Of a stretch of 64,000 nucleotides of DNA, positions 36,237 to 46,815 are shown in pieces. Under the pieces are notes generated by a model, which made no database searches, had not been told where the DNA came from, and saw only the letters and a program-made list of their open reading frames with translations. Within the stretch, counting starts at the first letter, position 1. The number at the start of each line of letters is the position of its first letter. This stretch comes from a virus. Taxonomy: Duplodnaviria; Caudoviricetes. Both the position numbers and the translations under genes were made by a program. The stretch is from the IMG/VR virus record IMGVR_UViG_3300030330_003867, positions 732 through 64,731 of that record; one strand, given 5' to 3'.

Positions 36237-36503
36237 ATGAGCGGTATGAGAAAAGATTATCAAATACAATCTATTGTGCAATATCTAAAATATAATGGCC
36301 CTAAAACTCTTAGACAAATTATCCAAAATGTTCGCACTAACACGATGTATGTTGAAGGGGGAAAAACCATTGTTAAGGACAAATACAAATTTTGTAATCC
36401 GATTCAATTTACTTTATTTCAATTAGCCAACCATGCGGCACAAAACAAGAATATGGAGAAAGTGCCTAACACAAGCCCGACCGAATGGAGATATGTCGAA
36501 TGA
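36237..36503 (+). CDS. wHTH-like protein
   Basis: IVQYLKYNGPKTLRQII...TEWRY wing. Confidence 0.55.
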   Translation: MSGMRKDYQIQSIVQYLKYNGPKTLRQIIQNVRTNTMYVEGGKTIVKDKYKFCNPIQFTLFQLANHAAQNKNMEKVPNTSPTEWRYVE

Positions 36504-36576
36504 TTATTTATAGAGATTATTTTCCTTTCAGCATTACGCCCGAATCCTTAATTATCGGTGCGAGTAATGTAGTGTC

Positions 36577-36930
36577 GTGCGCGATGAATGGGGGTATTTC
36601 ATGGGGTTGTTAAACGGTGCAACCTATGGGGATAGACTGTCGGGTAAAGCCGGACAGATTTTGACCGATGATAACCGCCTTTACTTGACGGTTGTTATGG
36701 AAGCAATCAAGCATAAGATTGACCCCGACTCGGATGACCCCGAATTTGAAGCAGACATTACTGCGGTCATTGACGAGTTATCGGGTGATTACATTCAAGG
36801 CATGATGCTATCATTGGCTATGATGCTACACAGATTCCATTCGGATAGTATTCTAAGTAAAGAAATAACGAATATTTATTCTGCATTAGAAGTTATCTTA
36901 ATGGAAAAGAAAATCGGGGGAGAATTATGA
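36577..36930 (+). CDS. Hypothetical helical protein
   Basis: Operon context, directly upstream of RFC. Confidence 0.5.
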   Translation: MRDEWGYFMGLLNGATYGDRLSGKAGQILTDDNRLYLTVVMEAIKHKIDPDSDDPEFEADITAVIDELSGDYIQGMMLSLAMMLHRFHSDSILSKEITNIYSALEVILMEKKIGGEL

Positions 36931-36942
36931 GGGGGGTTTGGA

Positions 36943-37902
36943 ATGACCGAAGTATGGTCGCAAAAATATAGGCCGAACAAATTAGAAGATATGGTGGGGC
37001 AACATCAGTTATTGAGTGAATTTGATTCACTTTTAGATGACGACCATAATATGCAACACTACTTGTTCTATTCTCCCGAAGCGGGAGTCGGTAAAACCAC
37101 ATTGGCGAGAATCATAGCCGAGCAATTGGGAATGCAATTGTTCTCATACAATGCCTCAACAAAGCATGAGCGGGGTATTGACTTCGTGGAGAATGAATTA
37201 CTCCCTATGAGTAGGAATGGTAATTATCGCCAAATCTATTTGCTTGACGAAGCAGACCAATTAACCCCTGCCGCACAGTCGGCACTAAAGGGTGTTATAG
37301 AAAACGCTCAAGGTTATTTTATTCTGACCTGTAATGATTTGTCTAAGGTATCTCGTTGGCTACAATCCCGATGTAGGACACTTAGGTTTGAGCCGATACC
37401 CGAAGATGAGATGGTTGAGAGATTATCCTATATCGCGGCACATGAAAATGTTGATGTTAGATTAGCAGACCTGCATACAATTGCTAAGGCTCACAAGGGC
37501 GACTTACGCAATTCCATAAACGCGCTTCAAGCATTCGCGGGTCTTACTCCCCGCGATGGCGACAGATTTTTGCTATCTCTCAAACCACAAGAAATAGACG
37601 CTAATTCTTTTCTCAAGTCCTGCGTAGCCGAAGGCGACTACGAGAAGGCCATGACCTATATTGGCGACAGGCCAATACGACAAACAATAAACTCCATATT
37701 TTCTTATGCGGTGAATAGCAAGGCTAAACCTGCGGCCAAAATGAGAGTCATTGAGGCGGCGGTTCAGTCGGAACGAGATTTGCTTATCGGTGTTGATGAA
37801 GACATTGTGAAGCATAACTTTGTAGTGATGTGTTGCGATACATCACAGTTATATACCGGAGAAAATGCGGAGAGGATAACCAAACAAGGTGTATTGTTAT
37901 GA
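36943..37902 (+). CDS. rfcS: Replication factor C small subunit (clamp loader)
   Basis: W.QKYRP, Walker A SPEAGVGKTT, NAS, LLDEAD, SRC motif (QSRC), GDLR.SIN.LQ. Confidence 0.93.
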   Translation: MTEVWSQKYRPNKLEDMVGQHQLLSEFDSLLDDDHNMQHYLFYSPEAGVGKTTLARIIAEQLGMQLFSYNASTKHERGIDFVENELLPMSRNGNYRQIYLLDEADQLTPAAQSALKGVIENAQGYFILTCNDLSKVSRWLQSRCRTLRFEPIPEDEMVERLSYIAAHENVDVRLADLHTIAKAHKGDLRNSINALQAFAGLTPRDGDRFLLSLKPQEIDANSFLKSCVAEGDYEKAMTYIGDRPIRQTINSIFSYAVNSKAKPAAKMRVIEAAVQSERDLLIGVDEDIVKHNFVVMCCDTSQLYTGENAERITKQGVLL

Positions 37903-39080
37903 CCGAAGATATGTTAGAGAAAGTAGCGAAGACTGTTGGTGTGTCGCCCGACACACTTAGAGAGAGGGCCGCAGAAGTGTTTGAAGCACAAAGCGCGGCT
38001 TGGCTTAATGCAGGTAAAACAGGAGAGGAAGCATCGGTGCTTGCTCTCCGTGTTGCCGCCCGCCAAATAGCCAACGAACAAGCCAAACTGCGAAGAAGCG
38101 GTGCGACCTTATACGAAGGAATGTTCGTTCACGTTCCAAAGGCTAAGGAATGGGGTAAGATTCTATACAATAAGATGCAGGGCCAATTGGCTAATGCGAC
38201 TGATGAAGTAAAGAATACTTTGATTGAGAATGGTTCTGTTGTTATCTTTGAGGATAACCACGATGGTTCTTTTACTCGATATGCGCGTGAAGATTTCTTC
38301 GGTGCATCCGAGTCCGAAGTATCAGACCTGCCGAGAAACACACAGAAGTTAGATGAAAGCACACACTATTACATTGTGTGGGATTCAAACAACCCAACCT
38401 TCCCATCCGGCGATAAGAATTTCAAGTATGGTGCGGCTCGACCACACGATGAGCGAGAGCGCACTTCACTATTCTTTGGTCGCCCTCAAGGTTCTAATGG
38501 TGAATGGTCGCCTATCGTAATCAAGGGTAGCGGCAATTCAGCCGATGTGCAATTCCCAACCTTTACCACAGGAACAATCGGTGTGCGCCCATCAAGAGAT
38601 GGCGCAACAGGTTATCTAACGAGAGTGTCGGAATTTACAGAAGATGAAAACTTAACCTCTATGTTTTCTTCTCCACCATTGGAATTGATGCAGGAATTTT
38701 TACCCGATGATTTCTTGCCCGCTTTGAGTAATCTCGGAGAATACTACGACAATTACTACGGTAAAGATGGTTGGTGGGATAGAATCTGTGGTGTAGTCGC
38801 AGAAGTAATCCACATTGACCCGCGAGATAATGGCGGATTTATCATGGTCTGTTCAGACCCCGATATTATGTCTATGGCTGAACCGCTCGATGTGTATGTT
38901 CCGGCCTCACAATCTCATTTGGTTGATTTCGCGGTCGGCACTAAGGTTCTATTGACCGGACAGGCATGGAGAACCCGCGAGGGTGATGACCGCATGAGCG
39001 TCAATGGTTGGTGGGCTTTCGATAAGATAGCACCTATCGTTGCATCGCCCGATGTTGAAGACGAGGGGTGGGATGCGTGA
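37899..39080 (+). CDS. RPA-like single-stranded DNA-binding protein
   Basis: Helical N-terminus, OB-fold-like beta segments (VVAEVIHIDPR, KVLLTGQAW) and an acidic C-terminal tail; sits between RFC and the recombinase. Confidence 0.55.
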   Translation: MTEDMLEKVAKTVGVSPDTLRERAAEVFEAQSAAWLNAGKTGEEASVLALRVAARQIANEQAKLRRSGATLYEGMFVHVPKAKEWGKILYNKMQGQLANATDEVKNTLIENGSVVIFEDNHDGSFTRYAREDFFGASESEVSDLPRNTQKLDESTHYYIVWDSNNPTFPSGDKNFKYGAARPHDERERTSLFFGRPQGSNGEWSPIVIKGSGNSADVQFPTFTTGTIGVRPSRDGATGYLTRVSEFTEDENLTSMFSSPPLELMQEFLPDDFLPALSNLGEYYDNYYGKDGWWDRICGVVAEVIHIDPRDNGGFIMVCSDPDIMSMAEPLDVYVPASQSHLVDFAVGTKVLLTGQAWRTREGDDRMSVNGWWAFDKIAPIVASPDVEDEGWDA

Positions 39081-40024
39081 GTGGTTGGGGTCAAGCGGCC
39101 TCAACCGCCGCACCTGCTAAGTCCGAAGCGACTTCTGCGAAACCTATCTATGGCGAAGACTACTACCGCCAAAGGTTCGCTAATGTGCGCTCTCAATCTG
39201 TGCCTGTGAGAATGGCTCTCGTTGGTGCGGAGAACACCGTAAAGACGGGTTCGGCGTTGTCCTTCTGTGATACAAATAAGAAGGTTGTTATTTTTGATAT
39301 AGACAATTCCGCTAAGGCGACAATAGACCATATCTATCCCGACAACGAAAATATAATCTGTATTCCTTTGCACGATGAAACCGATGATTCAATCTTCAAT
39401 GAGGATAACACAGTAAATTATACTGCGCTTCTCGACAAATTGAATTTTTACATCAACATTCTCGCTGATGATATTAAGGCCAACCCCGATGACTACGATG
39501 CAGTAATCCTCGATGGTGGTTCAACATATCTAAAGTGGTGCGAACACGCCATGACTGATTGGTTGATGACTCGCTCTAAGAATCCTGTAAATGTTGAAGA
39601 CGGAGAGAAATTCAATCAAGCCGAATGGCGAGTGCGAAACAAACTGTTCCGAGACACGATTAGCCGAATCCACAGTCTGCCTGTCGCTAAGGCATTCTTT
39701 ACCTTTCATCTAAAGAAGATTCAAGAATATATGGATGACGGCACAGGCAAGAAGGTTCTAATGACCGTTGGTGAAAGACCGGAATGGGATAAAGGAACAA
39801 TGAGATATTTTAGTCAGCAAATTTTCTTGACTCGATACATGAAGAAAGCCGACCCTGCCGCCGGAGTCAAGGGCGATAAGAAACTTGCAGAAGGCCAATG
39901 GGTCGTCAAGGGAACAGTCGAAGAAATGAAGGGTCAGAACATGGAGTATGTTGGCTCAACACACACTATCCTATCTGTTAATGACGGCAAGGTTGAGTGG
40001 AAGGGCTATCCGTTTGCGTGGTGA
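39077..40024 (+). CDS. Sak4/RecA-fold ATPase (AAA_24-like single-strand annealing protein)
   Basis: Variant Walker A LVGAENTVKT, IFDID, Walker B AVILDGGS. Confidence 0.7.
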   Translation: MSGWGQAASTAAPAKSEATSAKPIYGEDYYRQRFANVRSQSVPVRMALVGAENTVKTGSALSFCDTNKKVVIFDIDNSAKATIDHIYPDNENIICIPLHDETDDSIFNEDNTVNYTALLDKLNFYINILADDIKANPDDYDAVILDGGSTYLKWCEHAMTDWLMTRSKNPVNVEDGEKFNQAEWRVRNKLFRDTISRIHSLPVAKAFFTFHLKKIQEYMDDGTGKKVLMTVGERPEWDKGTMRYFSQQIFLTRYMKKADPAAGVKGDKKLAEGQWVVKGTVEEMKGQNMEYVGSTHTILSVNDGKVEWKGYPFAW

Positions 40025-40028
40025 TTAC

Positions 40029-40217
40029 ATGGCTGATTATTTCGTTTGTGCTACTGATAGCGGCTTAAGCACGATTGCTTATGCCGAAGTAGCGGCTATC
40101 ACCAGCCGAAGTGTTGGTTCTTCTGTGAGATACGACATTCACATGAAGTCCGGCACTATCTTTACCACATCAGACATAACCCAAAGACTCAAGGAGATGA
40201 TGGAAGGTGCAGATTAA
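40029..40217 (+). CDS. Small beta-rich protein
   Basis: MADYFVC... after GGTGA; track ORF starts at 39948. Confidence 0.5.
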   Translation: MADYFVCATDSGLSTIAYAEVAAITSRSVGSSVRYDIHMKSGTIFTTSDITQRLKEMMEGAD

Positions 40218-41100
40218 AATAGACCGTAATAATTTAATCCGTCTTCTCAAGAAGACTCAACGCCCACAAACCGTTGCGGGTAAGAGTATGGAACAAGTCT
40301 ATGGTTGTATGATTGAAATATCGTCAGAACCAAATCACGAAGACTTGAGCCAACCCGAACATATCATATACACCTGCTCATTGGTGAAGGATGGTGTTAC
40401 TTCTGTTTCGACCTTTAGGGAATACGCAGAAGAAATAGACGGAGAAGGGCAAATCCCTGTACCTAACATCAACGATTTGTTGGGTGTGTTGTCTATGCAC
40501 AACACCCCTGTTAATCTAACATATACAGACGGCAAACTTCGTATCAAGTCGGGCGGCAAACAGACTACTTTAGCGGTGTCTGAGAATGCTTTAGCGTTCC
40601 CGCATTCACCGGACTTGATGAAGGAATGGAACGAGAAGTCCAAAAGGATAGCGGGTAAATTTTTTCACAACGATAGAGATTTAGAATATCCTTGCCCCAC
40701 TTACACTAAGAATGACGGTGAAATTTTAACTCCTATTTACCACATTACTATTTCCGCCAATGTTCTCTATGAAGCATTGAGATGTGATGGTATCAACGGA
40801 CAGAAGTTAAATAATTACACATTAAATTTTAAGGAAGATGATGGATTGTATGTGCAGGTCGGCAACGAATTGAAAGGACAGACAGAATCTTTAATCTATG
40901 AGTATTCGGGATTCTCTAATACGAAGACTACTGTTAATGGTGGTCTTGAGAATGTCTTGAAGCACATAGACGGCGAGATTGGTCTATCGGTGTTTGACTT
41001 CACAGAAGCGAACATGGGCTACCCTGTGGTGATTACTACACCCACACACGAATTAATCTATCAAGCGGCTAATTTGGGGGAATTAAATTATGTCCGTTAA
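40207..41100 (+). CDS. DNA sliding clamp-like protein (PCNA/beta-clamp fold)
   Basis: Repeating beta-alpha-beta pattern (IKIDRNNLIRLLKK; VNLTYTDGKLRIKSG; ITISANVLYEAL) between RFC and PolB; fold inferred from pattern and context. Confidence 0.6.
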   Translation: MQIKIDRNNLIRLLKKTQRPQTVAGKSMEQVYGCMIEISSEPNHEDLSQPEHIIYTCSLVKDGVTSVSTFREYAEEIDGEGQIPVPNINDLLGVLSMHNTPVNLTYTDGKLRIKSGGKQTTLAVSENALAFPHSPDLMKEWNEKSKRIAGKFFHNDRDLEYPCPTYTKNDGEILTPIYHITISANVLYEALRCDGINGQKLNNYTLNFKEDDGLYVQVGNELKGQTESLIYEYSGFSNTKTTVNGGLENVLKHIDGEIGLSVFDFTEANMGYPVVITTPTHELIYQAANLGELNYVR

Positions 41101-41425
41101 GATGAGTAAGTTAGCGGCAAATGTAAATTTGCAGAATAAAACAATAGTGCGGCTTAAAGTCGAGATTGAAGACATTGGTTCGGATGAAATCTCATGGATT
41201 GACCCCGATACAGAATACGAATACAGGGCGAAGTTGGTTGTCGTTAAGCGAGAACAAGACCCGTTGTATAAGGACAAGGATTGGCTACATGAGAAGTATG
41301 TAGTCGAAGGTTTGCCTTGTTCAGCCATAGGAAATATGTTTGGCTTATCTCCTATGACGATATACAAGTGGCTTAAGAAATACAACATACCGACCCGCCC
41401 GCGTGGTGGGGGAAAAAGGGTATGA
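41090..41425 (+). CDS. HTH DNA-binding protein
   Basis: YKDKDWLHEKY...AIGNMFGLSPMTIYKWLKKYNIPTR. Confidence 0.7.
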   Translation: MSVKMSKLAANVNLQNKTIVRLKVEIEDIGSDEISWIDPDTEYEYRAKLVVVKREQDPLYKDKDWLHEKYVVEGLPCSAIGNMFGLSPMTIYKWLKKYNIPTRPRGGGKRV

Positions 41426-43671
41426 TAATTGAAAACATAAACGGAAGAAATGTTGTCGTAAGGCACAGGGATGAAGACGGGAAAAGAATAACCACTAAAT
41501 TAAGTGCCTATCCTTATTGCTTTGTGCGAGAGGAAGATGCGGCGCAATTGACGGACAATCTCCCTTCCGACATAGTAGGCATAGAACATGGTTTTATGGG
41601 TCTTTACGGTGAAGCACTAAGCAAAGTATCTGTGTATCACCCGAAAGATATACGGGTTATTAGAAATATGTTCGACCACACATGGGAAGCAAACATACCC
41701 TTTGTTAATCGAGTCCTTGCAGACAGAATAAACAGGGGTGAATCTCCTATCAAGAATTACGAACACCGTAAATGGTATCTCGATGCCGAGTGGTGTCCGG
41801 CCACAGGAAGATTAAGGGTTATTGTTGTTTATGATTCCTTCACCGGAAATGAATATGTGTGGGCGGTTGTTCCGGCGACTCAACAGACTCAATGGCCTGT
41901 TAGTTATACTAACAACATAGGTGAATATGAGTATAAAATACCCGCTAAATTATTCTTATCCGAGTCGGCTATGCTAAAGGACTTCGTGCAACACATGAAG
42001 AAACAAGACCCCGACATAATTACAGGATGGTTCGTTGTCGGTGCAGACATTAAGCAATTTATTACTCGCTTAGATGCTAACGGTATTGATGCTCGCTCGC
42101 TATCCCCTATGAATCGGCTACGCTATTCATACAAGGATTGGGCGCAACCGATTGTCGGCGTGAATTGTATTGACTTGATGATTGGGTTCTCTAAACTGTG
42201 GGAATTGAAGAACGGTAAATTGCCTTCGTATGGGTTAGGTGATGTGGCGCAAGAAGTCTTAGGTGAAGCGAAGGTCGAATTACCCGATGGGCACAACACA
42301 TACCATACCGATTTCCCGCTCTATGTGCATTACTGCCGACAAGATGTGAGGCTTTTGCCCCGCCTTGACCGTAAAGTAAATGCCCTTGATTATTACACGG
42401 CATTACAACACTTAGTCCAATGCGATATACGCTCAACACCATTTATCACGAAGATGTTTTCTTCGTTAGTGCTGGCTGACCCCCTGTTCGACAGGAGAAT
42501 ACCAACAAGCCCGCAATTTGAGAAGGTGGATTATGAGGGCGCAGATGTAATGGAAGTAAATGCTGGTCTGTATGAGGGTGTGGGTATTCTCGATGTAAAG
42601 GCCATGTATCACAGTAATGCTTCGATGCACAATATATCGTGGGATTCTCTCGATGAGAACGGCGTTGATTGCGGCAACGGAACGAAATTCTCAAGAAAAG
42701 ATAAGGGGCTTTTAATTAGACAGATGGATTACATGACTAATCTTCGCAATAAATTCAAGCAATTGATGAAGGATGACCCGCAAAATTATTTCCGTTGGGA
42801 TTGTATGCAATTTGCCTGTAAATCTTTAGTGGCCTCTATGTATGGTGTGTGTGGTGATTCTAAGTATGGAATGTATCACCCCGAAGTGGCGGCGGCTATC
42901 ACATTTACATCAAGACAGACGCTATACAAATTAAGAAAGGTTGCAGAAAAACAGGGCTTAGAAACTATTTACGGACACACCGACAGTATTTTTGTGCGGG
43001 GTCAGATTTTTTGCCCGCATGATTCGGGTTATAACGGTAAAATACGCGAGATAAACGAAATGATGCACCCAATAGAGGTCGAATTTGAAAGATACTGCGA
43101 CCGTATGGTCCTCATGGCTAAGAACCGTTATGCGGGTAATGTATCGTGGGAGAACGGTAAATGGCTTGACGAACCTAAACTTTATGTTAAGGGTATTGAA
43201 TTGAAGCAATCAAGGATGCCGGAGATTATGAAGGAGTCAATGAAGACTGTTCTTCAAGTATTGGGTGGCGCAGGAGAAGGGTATGTGTCCGGTAATTTAC
43301 AGGTTCTAATTGAAGATGTATTGGATGGTGAAGAACCGATTGAGAACCTGTGCATGAAAGGGAAACTTGAGCGTGAATTGCACGAATACAAGGTGCTATC
43401 CGGCTCGTCTGCCGCCGCTAAGTGGGCTAACGAAACCATAGGTAAGAATTATCGTAAGGGTTCTTTCTTTTCTGTTGCCTTAGATAATTCGGGTAAATAC
43501 ATAGCATTCGATGACCCCGATGATTTACAAGGTGTAGCCGAAATCGGCAGAAGATATACTGCTCAGAAATTTATCTTCGATAAGGTATCTCCTTATTATG
43601 AGGTATTAGGCTGGAATAAACAACCGTTAGAAAACGCGTTGAATGGGGTTAGTGAGGTATCATGGATATAG
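41422..43671 (+). CDS. polB: Family B DNA polymerase
   Basis: Exonuclease motifs LDAEW, IITGW and YCRQDV; polymerase motifs LDVKAMY, KSLVASMYG, YGHTDS and KNRY; KGIE. Confidence 0.96.
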   Translation: MIIENINGRNVVVRHRDEDGKRITTKLSAYPYCFVREEDAAQLTDNLPSDIVGIEHGFMGLYGEALSKVSVYHPKDIRVIRNMFDHTWEANIPFVNRVLADRINRGESPIKNYEHRKWYLDAEWCPATGRLRVIVVYDSFTGNEYVWAVVPATQQTQWPVSYTNNIGEYEYKIPAKLFLSESAMLKDFVQHMKKQDPDIITGWFVVGADIKQFITRLDANGIDARSLSPMNRLRYSYKDWAQPIVGVNCIDLMIGFSKLWELKNGKLPSYGLGDVAQEVLGEAKVELPDGHNTYHTDFPLYVHYCRQDVRLLPRLDRKVNALDYYTALQHLVQCDIRSTPFITKMFSSLVLADPLFDRRIPTSPQFEKVDYEGADVMEVNAGLYEGVGILDVKAMYHSNASMHNISWDSLDENGVDCGNGTKFSRKDKGLLIRQMDYMTNLRNKFKQLMKDDPQNYFRWDCMQFACKSLVASMYGVCGDSKYGMYHPEVAAAITFTSRQTLYKLRKVAEKQGLETIYGHTDSIFVRGQIFCPHDSGYNGKIREINEMMHPIEVEFERYCDRMVLMAKNRYAGNVSWENGKWLDEPKLYVKGIELKQSRMPEIMKESMKTVLQVLGGAGEGYVSGNLQVLIEDVLDGEEPIENLCMKGKLERELHEYKVLSGSSAAAKWANETIGKNYRKGSFFSVALDNSGKYIAFDDPDDLQGVAEIGRRYTAQKFIFDKVSPYYEVLGWNKQPLENALNGVSEVSWI

Positions 43672-44603
43672 ATTTGAGATTAGGTAATTGTCTTCGTGTC
43701 CTCAAGGAGATGGATGATAACTCCATTGATTCTATCGTCTGCGACCCACCATACGGATTACTTTTTATGCAATCCAAATGGGATTACGATGTGCCGTCTG
43801 TTGAGATATGGCGAGAATGTCTGCGTGTGTTGAAGCATGGCGGTCATCTGTTGGCTTTCTCCGGCACACGAACCTATCATCGAGTAGTAGTCAATATAGA
43901 GGATGCGGGATTTGAAATACGCGACCAAATCCAATGGATTTACGGCGAAGGATTCCCTAAGTCGCTCAATGTGGGTGGTGGTTGGGGAACGCAATTAAAA
44001 CCCGCCAATGAACCTATTTGTCTTGCTCGCAAACCATTGATAGGTAAAGTGGTTGATAACATGGATGAATACGGAACAGGGGCTATGAATATAGATGGTT
44101 GCAGAATAGAAGAAGAAAGCCGTTGGCCCGCTAATGTAATCTTTGATGAAGAAGCGGCAGGTGGGTTAGAACAATCTCGTTATTTTTACTGTATCAAGGC
44201 TAACCAAAATGAGAGAAACGCAGGGTGCGATAATTTACCCCTTAAATTAAATGAAAACTCGACCTATGGTATGCAAACAGATGAAGGGCTGAGGAACAAT
44301 AACCGCAACCCCGAAAACAGAACAAGAGAACAAAGGAACAATCACCCGACAGTAAAGCCCATTGATTTGATGCGGTATCTATGCCGCCTAATCACGCCGC
44401 CCGAAGGTATAGTCCTTGACCCATTCATGGGTAGCGGCACGACAGGCATAGCGGCTTGTCTTGAAGGGTTTAACTTCGTGGGTATTGAATTGGATGAGGA
44501 TTATTTAGAAATAGCCCGTCATCGAATAGCACATTGGGGTGATTATGAAATAACAGAATCAGATACATTGATTCCCCAAAAGCGGATAACGGAATGGTTA
44601 TAA
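43662..44603 (+). CDS. Orphan DNA N4-C/N6-A methyltransferase (beta class)
   Basis: DPPY near the N-terminus; HPTVKP and LDPFMGSGTTG near the C-terminus; no cognate restriction gene seen. Confidence 0.92.
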   Translation: MDIDLRLGNCLRVLKEMDDNSIDSIVCDPPYGLLFMQSKWDYDVPSVEIWRECLRVLKHGGHLLAFSGTRTYHRVVVNIEDAGFEIRDQIQWIYGEGFPKSLNVGGGWGTQLKPANEPICLARKPLIGKVVDNMDEYGTGAMNIDGCRIEEESRWPANVIFDEEAAGGLEQSRYFYCIKANQNERNAGCDNLPLKLNENSTYGMQTDEGLRNNNRNPENRTREQRNNHPTVKPIDLMRYLCRLITPPEGIVLDPFMGSGTTGIAACLEGFNFVGIELDEDYLEIARHRIAHWGDYEITESDTLIPQKRITEWL

Positions 44604-44625
44604 ACCAAAGAAAGGAGAGAGATTT

Positions 44626-45477
44626 ATGGAGTCGAGTTATATTCCACATACTGCGCCATACTTACGGGTGGCTAAGTCATCATACATGACTTATGTAAAA
44701 TGTCCTCGTCAGTATTATTGGCGATACTGTGCCGAATTACCGAGCATACCGCCGACCGATGAAATGATTAGAGGAACACATATCCACACGGTCATGGAAG
44801 AAGGACTAACTGATGGTGTCGAAGCACTATGGAACAAGGCCGCAGAATTAGGTTACGATGACGACAACGGCGTTATGGCTATGTCCGAATTACTCCATGC
44901 TATCGCCAACGAATTAGGCGGATTAGAAGTGGTTGAATGTGAAGTCAAGCACGAAATCGCAGAAGAATATAACGGGCAAAATATTATGTGGGTTGCTATT
45001 ATTGACGGTGTGCTTCGGCATCCCGATGGTGGTTTGATTCTCGTTGAATTGAAGACAGGCAACATGAACACGGGCAAACTCGGTAGGACACGAAAGGAGT
45101 TAGCCTTCTATCGCAGGGTTCTCTCCCTGCACCCCGAATACAAGAACGAGGAAATAACTCATTTCCTTTATATTACACCGGACTACATCGTGCCGGACAT
45201 ATATGCGTCAGATAAACTCCTTGATGAGATTAACAAGCGTGGTAAGACTGTGTGGTTGGGTTCTGAATATGGCGTTGCTATCATGGAACAGGTGTCCTCA
45301 AGGACAGTTAATGCGTTTGATAAATCACTTGCTACTATAATTGAAAAACTCCTTAGTGAAGACTATACTATGAAATGGAATGACTACTTCTGCACGACAT
45401 GGTGCGATTTCCACCTATCGTGCGAAGAAGAAATGTTATTTGGGGATAAATTATTTGGAGATGAAAACAATGGATGA
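44626..45477 (+). CDS. Cas4-like PD-(D/E)XK exonuclease with Fe-S cysteines
   Basis: CPRQY, GT.IH, IDGV, ELKTG and C...C.F...C motifs. Confidence 0.85.
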   Translation: MESSYIPHTAPYLRVAKSSYMTYVKCPRQYYWRYCAELPSIPPTDEMIRGTHIHTVMEEGLTDGVEALWNKAAELGYDDDNGVMAMSELLHAIANELGGLEVVECEVKHEIAEEYNGQNIMWVAIIDGVLRHPDGGLILVELKTGNMNTGKLGRTRKELAFYRRVLSLHPEYKNEEITHFLYITPDYIVPDIYASDKLLDEINKRGKTVWLGSEYGVAIMEQVSSRTVNAFDKSLATIIEKLLSEDYTMKWNDYFCTTWCDFHLSCEEEMLFGDKLFGDENNG

Positions 45478-45625
45478 TGAAAGAATAACTGTATGTGCTG
45501 GTTGTGAAAGTGCGGGTGTATGGGTTGATGAGCGCGTTGTGTATCGCGTTACCGGAGAAGAAGGTTCGATACCCGAACAAATACTGCTTATCACTTGTGA
45601 ATGCGGCCACGAACAAGAAGCATAG
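45470..45625 (+). CDS. Zn-ribbon microprotein
   Basis: CAGC...CECG motif. Confidence 0.5.
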   Translation: MDDERITVCAGCESAGVWVDERVVYRVTGEEGSIPEQILLITCECGHEQEA

Positions 45626-45633
45626 GTGGTGAT

Positions 45634-46635
45634 ATGTTGTTCCCGCGAGAGATAGGTCTTAGGCGTAGCCTTTGCACCAACCGTAGTGATTTTAACCGTT
45701 ATATTTCTTCGGTCAATGGTAAATCATCTTGCTATACATCTCTCTATTTCTATGAGAAGGTTGACCCTCGCCGCTCATGGCGGGCTGATACCGAGTCGGT
45801 AGTGATAGATAAAGCGTGGTGGGATTTCGACATTACAGACGATACTACCTTTGACGATGTGCGCTCAGATGTGGGCGAGTTAGTTAATCGTCTTGAAGGC
45901 GACATTAGAATTGTAGCCACAGGGCGAGGATTCCATGTCTATCAATTCTTTGACCGACCTGTTCACGGAACAGGGATGGTAAAACATCTCGATAGATACC
46001 AACGAGAAATCTCTAAGGGTTTGAAGACCTTAGACGGTGTAGGTAATCCATCTAAACTCACACGCATACCGGACACATACAATCCAAAGCGGGGTAGGTG
46101 GGCGGTAAATATAGACCCTATATTATTCAAGCAAGACCCGATGGGATATGCTATCCCAAAACAACCGATTCCCTCTCTTTCTAAGCATGACCCATTTAGG
46201 GGTTCTGAACCAAACGGAACATTCAGTCTTGTTAGGTGGGCGGCTTCTAATCCTTTGCCTGTTTTACCCGTTTTAACGGCGTTTGAGGGCGACATTGGGG
46301 GTTCGGGGGATATACCCCTGCCCCCATGCTTAGAACGCGCTATACACGAAGAAAATCCACGCCATTTTACACGCATATTTTTGGCTACCCACCTTGCAGA
46401 AAACCTGCGTTGGTTTGCTAATCCCGAATCTCTAACCGCCGAGCAAATAGAGCAAATGACTTCGGAGATTCTTTCATTCATAAGTAAATTAGGTTGGCGC
46501 GATTTCAACGAGGGTGTGAGCCGAAAACATATTAAATCAGTCATTGGCTACGACAACACCCCCACTTGCGCCAAAATACAATCCAACGGTTTGTGCATGG
46601 GGTCTTGTTGGCGCGATGATGGAACATTGAGATGA
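45634..46635 (+). CDS. priS: Archaeo-eukaryotic primase, PriS-PriL fusion
   Basis: WDFD and TGRGFH catalytic motifs; C-terminal LPPCL...H..R...C.KI...GLC...C resembles the PriL Fe-S domain. Confidence 0.85.
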   Translation: MLFPREIGLRRSLCTNRSDFNRYISSVNGKSSCYTSLYFYEKVDPRRSWRADTESVVIDKAWWDFDITDDTTFDDVRSDVGELVNRLEGDIRIVATGRGFHVYQFFDRPVHGTGMVKHLDRYQREISKGLKTLDGVGNPSKLTRIPDTYNPKRGRWAVNIDPILFKQDPMGYAIPKQPIPSLSKHDPFRGSEPNGTFSLVRWAASNPLPVLPVLTAFEGDIGGSGDIPLPPCLERAIHEENPRHFTRIFLATHLAENLRWFANPESLTAEQIEQMTSEILSFISKLGWRDFNEGVSRKHIKSVIGYDNTPTCAKIQSNGLCMGSCWRDDGTLR

Positions 46636-46815
46636 TTAGAATGCAGATATTAGGAACGATTAAGACTTGCTTTTGTGGATGGACCGGAGAGGTTGGCGTA
46701 TTGATACAACACGGAAAACCAATATGCCCCGCTTGTTTTAGAGAATTAAGTATGATGAGATGCGAGGGTTGTTCAGACTAACCCTTCATATATTCACCTT
46801 TATTTTTTTAGTGAT

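Noticed and set aside
41422-43671. Intein or intron in PolB (also considered for TerL and MCM)
   Set aside because: Protein lengths are compact, motif spacing is normal and no splice-junction motifs were seen.
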